This document shows positions 35,530 to 43,471 of a stretch of 64,000 nt of DNA, in pieces. The notes beneath the pieces are model-generated. The model was not told the origin of the DNA. It did no database searches and saw only the letters and a list, made by a program, of their open reading frames with translations. The stretch is taken from contig JAYZQJ010000084.1 in the NCBI GenBank assembly GCA_036149055.1, forward strand, positions 1 through 64,000. Reading direction: 5' to 3'. Both the position numbers and the translations under genes were made by a program. Source of the stretch: Myxococcota bacterium (lineage in GTDB: Bacteria > Myxococcota_A > Polyangia > Polyangiales > Sandaracinaceae). Every line of letters starts with the position of its first letter. Position 1 is the first letter of the stretch.

Positions 35530-37031
35530 CGGGTGGTCTTGATGCTGGCGCCCGCCCCACCGCCGCGGCTCGACCGTCGAGGCGGACGAGACGCGGCCCG
35601 GGGCAGCACGGCTTCGAGGGTCACGTCCTCCTCGGACGCGCCCTGGGTCAGGGTCACGGGCCGGCGCCCGCGCATGCGCACCGTGTACTCGGTCGGCTCG
35701 GCGTCTCGCGCCACGTCGAGCGTCAGCGGGGTCTCGCCCAGCTCGACCTCGTCCCGCACCACCGTCGCCCCGCTCGGCGCGCTCGTGATCGTGAGACGGA
35801 AGGTGGCCGGCGCGACCTCCTCGGGCTCGGCGGGCTCCGGTTCCGGGGGCGCCTCTACCGGCTCCGCCGGTTCCGGGGGCAGCTCCGTCGCCTCCATCGG
35901 CGGATCGTCCGTCCCGCCGACCACCGCGAGCACCACCGCGACGCCGGCGACCGCGGCCAGCAGCCCGAAGAGCCCCAGCACCCAGATCGGCACGCCCGGC
36001 TTCGCGGGGGCCGGGGCCGGGAGCGGCGCGCCCATCGTCAGCGACGGGGTCGGCTCGCTCACCCGGATCCCGGGCGGCGGCATCGGGAACTCCCCGCTCC
36101 GGGGCAGCTCGTCGGTCGAGAGCTGCGGCCAGAGCGCGTCGATCTCCGCCACCAGCGCCTCGGCCGACGCATAGCGGTGCTCCGCCTCCTTCTGCATCAG
36201 CCGGTGCACGATCGCCTCGACCGCCTGCGGCACCTGCGCGCCCTTGGTCGCCAGGGGCGGGTACGGCTGCTGCAGGTGCATCATCAGGGTCTGCACCGCG
36301 TGATCCCCGGCATAGGGGCAGTCGCCGCAGAGCATCCGGTAGAGGATCACGCCCAGCGAGTAGAGGTCGCTCCGGCCGTCCATCGGCGAGTGCGTGATCT
36401 GCTCGGGCGACATGTAGCGCGGCGAGCCCAGGAACCGGCCCTCGGCGGTCAGCTCCTCGCTGTCGTCCCGCATCACCTTCACCAGCCCGAAGTCGAGCAC
36501 CTTCACCTGCTCGCCCTCCGGCCCCGGCACCAGCATCACGTTGCCGGGCTTAAGATCGCGGTGGATGACGTTCTGCTCGTGGGCGGCGCGGAGCGCGCGG
36601 GCGATCTCGCGGGTGATGCGGAGCGCCCGGGCCGGCGGCATCGGCCCCTCCATCTGGAGCGCCTCGCTGATCGTCCGCCCCTCGAGCAGCTCCATCACCA
36701 TGTAACAGGCGGCCGCGTCGTGCTCGAGGCCCCCGTAGTCGTGCACGACCACGATGTTCGGGTGGCTGAGCTGGGCCACCGTCGCCGCCTCGAGCAGGAA
36801 GCGCTTCTGGAACTCCGGATCGGCGCCGCCGTCCCCGAGCGTGGAGTGCAGCACCTTCAGCGCCACCTTGCGGCCGAGCGGCTGCTGCTCGGCGACGTAG
36901 ATGGTCCCCATGCCACCCCGGCCGAGGATCTTCTCGACCCGATACTTCCCGCCGACGACCTGGCCGAGCAGCTCGCTCGCCCTCCGCGCCCACCTCGCGC
37001 GGTCGTCGGCGGCCTGGGGACCGCCACTCAC
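35526..37031 (-). CDS. Membrane Ser/Thr (Hanks) kinase with a C-terminal PEGA domain
   Basis: LGRGGMG, VALK, HRDLKPGN, DFGL, GSPRYMSPEQ; TM IWVLGLFGLLAAVAGVAVVLAVV; TSAPSGATV..LGETPL. TATCCT 6 nt before GTG 37031; stop overlaps the receptor start. Confidence 0.93.
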   Translation of the reverse strand: MSGGPQAADDRARWARRASELLGQVVGGKYRVEKILGRGGMGTIYVAEQQPLGRKVALKVLHSTLGDGGADPEFQKRFLLEAATVAQLSHPNIVVVHDYGGLEHDAAACYMVMELLEGRTISEALQMEGPMPPARALRITREIARALRAAHEQNVIHRDLKPGNVMLVPGPEGEQVKVLDFGLVKVMRDDSEELTAEGRFLGSPRYMSPEQITHSPMDGRSDLYSLGVILYRMLCGDCPYAGDHAVQTLMMHLQQPYPPLATKGAQVPQAVEAIVHRLMQKEAEHRYASAEALVAEIDALWPQLSTDELPRSGEFPMPPPGIRVSEPTPSLTMGAPLPAPAPAKPGVPIWVLGLFGLLAAVAGVAVVLAVVGGTDDPPMEATELPPEPAEPVEAPPEPEPAEPEEVAPATFRLTITSAPSGATVVRDEVELGETPLTLDVARDAEPTEYTVRMRGRRPVTLTQGASEEDVTLEAVLPRAASRPPRRSSRGGGAGASIKTTR

Positions 37032-37090
37032 GGCCGAAGGATATCCCAAGTGGGCCGGGGTTGGATCGAACCCTGCACATCTCCCCGCTC

Positions 37091-38578
37091 ATGCTGCGTC
37101 GTCTGCTGCCCCCCCTGTCCCTCCTCGCGCTCGTGGCGTGCGCCGAACCCGTCGACATCACTGAGGATCCGTACATCGCCCCGGATCCGGCGGGCGATCC
37201 GGGCGCCCCCGAGGCGTGCGATGGCACTTCGCCACGCTGCGGCGCGGGGACGCTCCAGGCGGTCGGACAGGCGCGCTACGCGCAGCGGCTGCGTGTGCCC
37301 TCGCCGTTGTTGCGCGGGGACCACGACCTCGTGTCTCCGGCGATGCACGGTGACCTCCTGGTCTACCTCTCGAACGAGGACGGGCAGCGGGACGTGTGGG
37401 CGATGCACGTGGGGACCGGCGATCGGTTCCGGGTCACCGACACCCCCGAGGACGAGGACAGCCCCCGGGTGCGGGACACGCGCGTGGTCTACGTGCGGGG
37501 CGAGCGCGCCTTCCTCTTCGACCTCGAGACCGGGGTCGAGCGGCAGCTCTCCGAGCGTCGCGCCGACGCGCCGGCCCTCGGGCCCAACGGGGAGATCGTC
37601 TGGTCGGAGCACGACGGCGCCCAGTGGGATCTGGTCATCGAGTGGCCCACCGGCAGCGGCGCCGAGCCGCTCCACCGCCCGGGCGGCCTCGTCGGCGACG
37701 AGCGCGCGCCCCACCTCGAGCACGGCAGCGTCTCCCACGCCGTCTACTTCTCCGAGCGCGACGGCGAGCGCCGCCCGCACTTCTCGGAGTGGCCGGAGAA
37801 CTTCGCCTACGACATGGCCCACGACGAGCCGATGCCGGGCGCGATCGGCCCGTTCTTCAACCTGGTCGGACGCTGCTGGACCGACGGCCGCCGGGTCACC
37901 GTCGCCGAGCCGGACGAGACCGCCGACTGGGACGTCTACTGCGCCCGCCTCGGCGGCCCCACCGTCGCCCTCGCCGACGTCATGCCCTGGGCCGCCGGCC
38001 CCGGCGCGCAGATCGTCGAGAGCACCGGCACCTGGATCGGCTACCGCGACCACCGCAACGGCAACTGGGACGTCGGCGTCGGCCTGCCGGGCGGGGAGGG
38101 CGAGCTGCTGACCACGCACCCGGCCAACCAGCGCGGGCTCGTCAGCGGCAACGACCTGCTCGTCTGGATGGACGACCGCGAGGGCAGCTGGGACCTCTGG
38201 GCCGTGCGCCGCCCGCTCCCCGGATCCGGGGGCCCGCTCGAGCAGCCCGAGGTCCAGGCCGTCGAGGCCGGGCCCGGCTACGTCGAGCTCACCCTCCCCG
38301 CCTGGCAGCGCGGCCGCGGCGATCTCGGCGGGGCCCGCCTCCTCGTCGACGGCGAGGTGCGCCACGTCTTCGCCGACGACGCACGGGTGCGCAGCGAGCG
38401 CCTCGTGATCGCCGAGCCCGCGCTCCGCTCGCACTTCGCGGGCGCCGACGTCGCGCGCCCCAGCACCGGGTCGCTCGGCATGCAGACCGATCAGGTCGTC
38501 GTCTCGCTCGAGACCCGGGAGGGCGTCGAGCTGACCCGCGCCGCGCTCCGCGCCGACGGAACCACGCCCGGCTGGTAG
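37091..38578 (+). CDS. Lipoprotein with TolB-like beta-propeller repeats
   Basis: LVAC lipobox; repeats YLSNEDGQRDVW, YRDHRNGNWDV, WMDDREGSWDLW. Confidence 0.7.
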   Translation: MLRRLLPPLSLLALVACAEPVDITEDPYIAPDPAGDPGAPEACDGTSPRCGAGTLQAVGQARYAQRLRVPSPLLRGDHDLVSPAMHGDLLVYLSNEDGQRDVWAMHVGTGDRFRVTDTPEDEDSPRVRDTRVVYVRGERAFLFDLETGVERQLSERRADAPALGPNGEIVWSEHDGAQWDLVIEWPTGSGAEPLHRPGGLVGDERAPHLEHGSVSHAVYFSERDGERRPHFSEWPENFAYDMAHDEPMPGAIGPFFNLVGRCWTDGRRVTVAEPDETADWDVYCARLGGPTVALADVMPWAAGPGAQIVESTGTWIGYRDHRNGNWDVGVGLPGGEGELLTTHPANQRGLVSGNDLLVWMDDREGSWDLWAVRRPLPGSGGPLEQPEVQAVEAGPGYVELTLPAWQRGRGDLGGARLLVDGEVRHVFADDARVRSERLVIAEPALRSHFAGADVARPSTGSLGMQTDQVVVSLETREGVELTRAALRADGTTPGW

Positions 38579-38585
38579 CCGCCGA

Positions 38586-39890
38586 TCAGGCCGCCGGGAT
38601 CTCGTGCACCTCGAGCACGTCGCCGGTCTTCTCGTGACGGGTGATCGTCAGCCCGCCGTCCCCGGCCACGTCCACCGTCAGCACCCCGTGCGTGCGTGAG
38701 ACCGCCTGGCGGAGCGCGACCTCCTCGGGGCGCTCCCGCATGATGTCCTCGAGGTCCTCGTCCGGGTCGTAGGTCACCGCGCCGCCTCCGCCGTCGACCA
38801 CGTAGGTGATCCCGTCCACCGCGAAGCGCTCGTAGCAGTGGGCGTGACCGGCGAGCACCAGCGGCACCCCGTGCTCCAGGAAGCGCCCGTGCAGGTACTC
38901 GCGCACCGAGAGATCCCCCGGCGCGTGCTTCGAGAACGTGTAGGTCGGCCGGTGGAAGCACACGATGGGATAGAAGATGTCGGGATCGGCCGCGGCCGCC
39001 GACAGCTCCGCCTCGATCCAGGCGATCTGGGTGTCGCTCATCTCGAGCAGCGCGCCGCTCTCGGTGTCCACGTGCACGAAGCGCACGCCGCCGTACGTGT
39101 ACGCGAACCAGCGCGCGTCGCCCCCCGGATCGCCCTGGCCGGCGAAGAGGCGCTCGTACTGCACGGTGATCTCGTCGTGGTTCTCGAACTCGTGGTTGCC
39201 GACGCAGAGCTGCATCGGCGCGCGCGAGAAGAGCGGCGCCATCGCCGCCGACATGTGGTTCCAGGTGTCGAACGGGTTCGCCTGATAGGTGATGTCGCCC
39301 CCGTGCAGCACCAGATCGGGGGCCTGCGCGGCCAGCACCCCGATGCCGTCGTTCGCGGTCGGGAAGCTCGTGTCGGAGAGCCAGCCCATCCGGAAGCCCG
39401 CGTCCGGCGCCCGCGCCGCCACGAACGAGCCGGTCCGCGCCTCGCCCTCGAGCGGCGTCACCTCCCAGCGCACCTCCTCGCCCGGGGCCAGCCCCTCGAC
39501 GATCACCTCCTGCACCACGTGCAGCCCCGGCTCGTCCGGGTAGTACCGCTCCATGCCGAGCGCGTCGCGCTCGTAGGTCAGCTCCATCGGCGAGAGCGTC
39601 GGCTCCGGCGTCTCGTCGCCCCCGTCCCGGGTCAGCCGGACCGTGAACGGCTCCTCGATCCGCGACTCGAAGCGCAGCCGGGCGCGCCCCGGGCCGACGA
39701 GCTGCACGTAGGGACCCTTGCTCAGCCCCCGGAACGGGGCCGGCGGCCCGCTGTCCGGCCGGAAGGCGTCCACCTCCACGCCCGAGTCGTCCGGCGGCGG
39801 CGCCTCGCCGTCGCAGCCGAGCAGCCCGGCGGGGAGGAACAGGCCGGCGCCGGCCCCGAGGCTCCGGCGGAGGAAGTGACGGCGCTTCAT
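38586..39890 (-). CDS. Tat-lipoprotein metallophosphoesterase (purple acid phosphatase-like)
   Basis: KRRHFL, LLGC; LSD, HGGDITY, VGNHE, FHRP, AGHAHCYER. Confidence 0.9.
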   Translation of the reverse strand: MKRRHFLRRSLGAGAGLFLPAGLLGCDGEAPPPDDSGVEVDAFRPDSGPPAPFRGLSKGPYVQLVGPGRARLRFESRIEEPFTVRLTRDGGDETPEPTLSPMELTYERDALGMERYYPDEPGLHVVQEVIVEGLAPGEEVRWEVTPLEGEARTGSFVAARAPDAGFRMGWLSDTSFPTANDGIGVLAAQAPDLVLHGGDITYQANPFDTWNHMSAAMAPLFSRAPMQLCVGNHEFENHDEITVQYERLFAGQGDPGGDARWFAYTYGGVRFVHVDTESGALLEMSDTQIAWIEAELSAAAADPDIFYPIVCFHRPTYTFSKHAPGDLSVREYLHGRFLEHGVPLVLAGHAHCYERFAVDGITYVVDGGGGAVTYDPDEDLEDIMRERPEEVALRQAVSRTHGVLTVDVAGDGGLTITRHEKTGDVLEVHEIPAA

Positions 39891-39949
39891 GACGCGAGCA
39901 TACCCCTTCTCTCCTTTCGGACGCGTCACCCCGGCCCTAGGCCCTGTGC

Positions 39950-41530
39950 ATGACCAAGCGGACGGGTGCGGAGCTGATCGCGCGAGGGCTGGCCGAGGCC
40001 GGCGTGACCCGGGTCTACGGCGTGCCGGGCGAGCAGACCCTGGCCCTGACCGACGCGCTCTCCGGCGCCGGCATCGAGATCGTGCTCACCCGCCACGAGC
40101 AGGTCGCCGCCTTCCTCGCCGCGACCGAGGGCCGCGTCACCGGCCGGCCGGGCGTCTGCTTCTCCACCCTCGGCCCCGGCGCCACCAACCTCATCACCGG
40201 CGTCGCCCACGCCCACCTCGGGCGCTGGCCGATGATCGCGATCAGCGCGCAGCGCCCCCTGCAGGGCGACCCCGAGGGCGACTTCCAGTACCTCCCGCTC
40301 ACCGCGCTCTTCGCCCCGCTCACCAAGCGCTCGCGCCTCATCCGCCGCGCCTCGTCGGCCCCGGCCGAGCTCGCCGCCGCCTGGACCCTCTCGCTCGAGG
40401 GCCGCCCGGGCCCCGTGCACCTCGTGCTGCCCCAGGACGTCGCGCGCGAGGAGACCGAGGCCGCCGTCGTCCGCCCGCGCGCCGCGGCGCGCCCCGCGCC
40501 GGCTCCCTCGGCGCTCGAGGAGGCCGCCCGCGTGATCGGCGACCGGCCGGCGGTGATCCTCGCCTCGAGCGGCGCCCAGCCGGTCAGCGAGGCCCTCGCC
40601 CGCTTCGTCGAGCACACCGGCATCCCCTGCGTGACCACCCAGCTCGGCAAGGGCGCCCTGCCCGAGTCGCACCCGCGAGCCCTCGGGTGCCTCGGCGCGC
40701 ACGCCCCGGGCCGCCACCGCGCGCTCTTCGAGTGGGCCGAGGTCACGATCGCGGTCGGCTACGACCCGGTCGAGTTCCCGCCCGAGGCCTGGAACCCCTG
40801 CGCCGGCAAGGAGGTCGTGCACCTCGACGTCACCGCGCCCGACGCGCGCGAGGGCTACGTCCCGGTGACCGAGGTGGTCGGCGCCCTCGATCTCACCCTC
40901 GACGCGCTGCGCGAGCGGATCGCGCCGCGCTCTCAGACCCAGCGCACCCAGACCCCGCCCGACGTCCCGGCCCGCGCCACCGACGACGCGCTCGACGAGC
41001 TCGTAGCCGCGGTGCGCGCCGCCATGGGCGACGAGGACGTCGTCGCGCTCGACAACGGCCTGTACAAGCTGTGGTTCGCGTCGGGCTACGAGACCCGCGC
41101 GCCGCACACCCTGCTCCTCGACGACGCGCTCGCGAGCATGGGCGCGGGGCTGGCGGGCGCGATGGCCGCCAAGCTCGTGCACCCGGAGCGGCGCGCCCTC
41201 GCGGTCTGCGGCGACGGCGGCTTCCTGATGAACGTGCAGGACCTCGAGACCGCGGTGCGGCTCGGCCTCGACCTGCACGTGCTCGTCCTCGTCGACGACG
41301 GCTACGGCATGATCGAGTGGAAGCAGGCGATGGACGGCTACGCGAAGGGCGCGGTCCGCTTCGGCAACCCCGACTTCGTGAAGCTCGCCCAGGCCTTCGG
41401 CGCCTCCGGCGTCCGGGTCGAGGGCCCGCAGGAGCTCGAGGACGCCCTGAAGGCGCCGCCCGAAGGCGTCGTGCTCATCGAGTGTCCGATCGACTACGCC
41501 ATCGCCGAGGGCGCGGTCCCCCAGCCCTGA
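39950..41530 (+). CDS. ThDP-dependent enzyme, acetolactate synthase large subunit-like
   Basis: YGVPGE, TRHEQ, STLGPGATN, GRPGPVHL, GDGGFLMN, YGMIEWKQ, NPDFVKLA; no small subunit nearby. Confidence 0.88.
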   Translation: MTKRTGAELIARGLAEAGVTRVYGVPGEQTLALTDALSGAGIEIVLTRHEQVAAFLAATEGRVTGRPGVCFSTLGPGATNLITGVAHAHLGRWPMIAISAQRPLQGDPEGDFQYLPLTALFAPLTKRSRLIRRASSAPAELAAAWTLSLEGRPGPVHLVLPQDVAREETEAAVVRPRAAARPAPAPSALEEAARVIGDRPAVILASSGAQPVSEALARFVEHTGIPCVTTQLGKGALPESHPRALGCLGAHAPGRHRALFEWAEVTIAVGYDPVEFPPEAWNPCAGKEVVHLDVTAPDAREGYVPVTEVVGALDLTLDALRERIAPRSQTQRTQTPPDVPARATDDALDELVAAVRAAMGDEDVVALDNGLYKLWFASGYETRAPHTLLLDDALASMGAGLAGAMAAKLVHPERRALAVCGDGGFLMNVQDLETAVRLGLDLHVLVLVDDGYGMIEWKQAMDGYAKGAVRFGNPDFVKLAQAFGASGVRVEGPQELEDALKAPPEGVVLIECPIDYAIAEGAVPQP

Positions 41531-41547
41531 TCAATCAGCAGCCCCGA

Positions 41548-42132
41548 TCACTCGTCGTCGAAGTGCACCATGTGCGGGTGCTCCTCGCCGAGGCCGACCA
41601 CGTCGATGGTCTCCTTCACCGTCTGGTAGAGGCTCAGCACCACCGTGATCATCACCCCGGTGATCAGCGACGCGCAGGTCACCACCGCGTAGAGCACCCA
41701 GGTCAGCGCGCCCCGAGGGAAGTTGTCCGCTCCCTCGTAGGGCATGCCGATGAACACGAAGAAGAGGATGGTGACGACGAACACCACCGCGTCGAGCCGC
41801 GCGATGTTGCGCAGGCGTCGGTAATGGAACGTGCTCAGCTGCACCTCGCTCTGGGCGCTCAGCGACAGCACCGTGAGCATGAGGGCCAGGATCGTGGCGC
41901 TCGCCCCGACCACCGCGCTGCAGAAGTACCGCAGCGTGGCGATGATCGGCTCGAGCAGATCCTGGGCCTCCCAGGCCTGCACCGAGCCGAAGATCCAGTA
42001 GGAGGCGGCGATCACCCCGCCGCCCACCAGCCCGCCCGCGCCGGCGCGCCAGAGATCGATCGTCCAGCGCCGCTCCTCCCCCGGCTCGGGCGCGCGTGGC
42101 TCGCGGGGCTCCTTGCCTTCCTCTTCGCTCAC
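41548..42132 (-). CDS. Hypothetical membrane protein (about 4 TM)
   Basis: Four hydrophobic segments, ASATILALMLTVLSL; GTG 42132 preceded by TAGGCG. Confidence 0.7.
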   Translation of the reverse strand: MSEEEGKEPREPRAPEPGEERRWTIDLWRAGAGGLVGGGVIAASYWIFGSVQAWEAQDLLEPIIATLRYFCSAVVGASATILALMLTVLSLSAQSEVQLSTFHYRRLRNIARLDAVVFVVTILFFVFIGMPYEGADNFPRGALTWVLYAVVTCASLITGVMITVVLSLYQTVKETIDVVGLGEEHPHMVHFDDE

Positions 42133-42163
42133 ACCAGAGCGCCTAGACCCGCGCCCCGCGCGC

Positions 42164-42418
42164 TCAATGATTCCGGAGCGCCTCGATGAGCTCGTCCTTG
42201 TCCATGTCGGAGCGGCCGTCGATGCCGATCTCCTGAGCGCGCTCGTAGAGCTCGTCCTTCGTCCACTCCTCGTAGGCGGACGCCTTCCCGCCGCGCTTCT
42301 CGGCCTTCTTGCCCTTGGTGTTGGCGATGCGCGCCGCCTTCTCCTTGGACATGCCGTGGTCGCGCAGCTCCTCGTACTTCTCGTCGTCCTTGATGCTCGG
42401 TCCGTGATTCTTGGCCAT
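42164..42418 (-). CDS. Small protein with a Rho-N-like helical domain (GPSIKDD..YEELR..GMSKEKAARIAN family)
   Basis: YEEWTKDELYERAQEIGIDGRSDMDKDELIEALR. Confidence 0.85.
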   Translation of the reverse strand: MAKNHGPSIKDDEKYEELRDHGMSKEKAARIANTKGKKAEKRGGKASAYEEWTKDELYERAQEIGIDGRSDMDKDELIEALRNH

Positions 42419-42430
42419 GTGCACGCCTCA

Positions 42431-42446
42431 TTCGAAGCGCGTGCCA
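42431..42446 (-). promoter_or_regulatory. Possible sigma-54 promoter with a variant -12 element
   Basis: TGGCACGCGCTTCGAA: perfect -24 box, but GA instead of GC at -12. Confidence 0.3.
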
Positions 42447-42547
42447 TCGCCGCGCGCGGCTCCCGTCTGCGAGCGCGCGTGACAATCGCCCCCGATCGAG
42501 GGCGGCTGACACGTGACGCCGGAGGCGCCGGGCTTACCTCTCCCCAC

Positions 42548-43126
42548 ATGAACGAACACCGCCTCCGCGCGCGCGTCCGCGAGCATGTCCCCACCGACGG
42601 AGACGCGGCCGTCGACGCCATGATCCTGGTCACCTGCGAGGCGCTCGGCGCGTGCATCGGGCACGCTCACCGCGAGGCGCTCGCGAGCGAGCTGCCCGAA
42701 GAGGCCCGCGCCGCCTTCCTCGACGCGCACTACGATCCCGACTTCGGGCGCGACGACCTCGTCGCCCAGGTCGCCGACTCCGAGCACCTCGCCGACGGTC
42801 ACGCCGCCGAGCACGCCAGCGCCGTGCTCGCCGCGATCGCGGCCGGGCTCGACGAAGACCAGCGCTCCCTGCTCGAGCGCGAGCTGCCGCCGGATCTGCG
42901 CGGCTGGGTGCAGCGCCGCCCCTCGAGCCGCCCGCCGCCCCGTCCGGTGCGCGGCAGCGGCGACAACCACCTCGACACCAAGCTCTCGTCGGCCCGCGGC
43001 CTCACCCAGGAGCGGCACGGCGAGACCCTGGCCGAGGGCGCGCCCGGCGCCGAAGACGCGGTGAGCGGCGCCCGCAGCCCGGCCCACGAGACGCTCGCCG
43101 ACGGCCGGCCGCCCGGTCAGCGCTGA
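42548..43126 (+). CDS. DUF2267-like protein with a C-terminal TLAxG repeat tail
   Basis: ALASELP, VAQVADSE..AAEHASAVLAAI, RELPPDL; tail KLSSARG, ETLAEG, ETLADG. Confidence 0.65.
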   Translation: MNEHRLRARVREHVPTDGDAAVDAMILVTCEALGACIGHAHREALASELPEEARAAFLDAHYDPDFGRDDLVAQVADSEHLADGHAAEHASAVLAAIAAGLDEDQRSLLERELPPDLRGWVQRRPSSRPPPRPVRGSGDNHLDTKLSSARGLTQERHGETLAEGAPGAEDAVSGARSPAHETLADGRPPGQR

Positions 43127-43458
43127 GCGGCCTTGATGATCAGATAGCGGAGCGGCGCGTCGCCGCGGTTTTCGATCGACAGCACCGCCCCGAGCGGGAG
43201 GTGCACCACGTCGCCCGGGCCGAGGCCGCGCGCCTCGCCGTCCACCGTGGCCTCGCCGTCCCCCTCGAGCCCGATCACGATCTCCGCGTACTCCTCTTGC
43301 ACGTGTCGACCGACGCTCCCGCGCGGGTCGAGCTCGCAGCTCAGGACGGCGGTGAACGGCGGCGCCGCGCTCCCGCCGAGCAGATCCCACACCGTCACCG
43401 CGCCCTCGCCGCCGAACAGCGCCCGCTGGGGGAAGCCGCGACCCTTCTTCACCTGCAT
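43117..43458 (-). CDS. Cupin domain protein
   Basis: SVGRHVQ..EIVIGLEGDG..VDG..LGPGDVVHLP..SIENRG. Confidence 0.85.
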   Translation of the reverse strand: MQVKKGRGFPQRALFGGEGAVTVWDLLGGSAAPPFTAVLSCELDPRGSVGRHVQEEYAEIVIGLEGDGEATVDGEARGLGPGDVVHLPLGAVLSIENRGDAPLRYLIIKAAQR

Positions 43459-43471
43459 GCGCGCGAATCTA

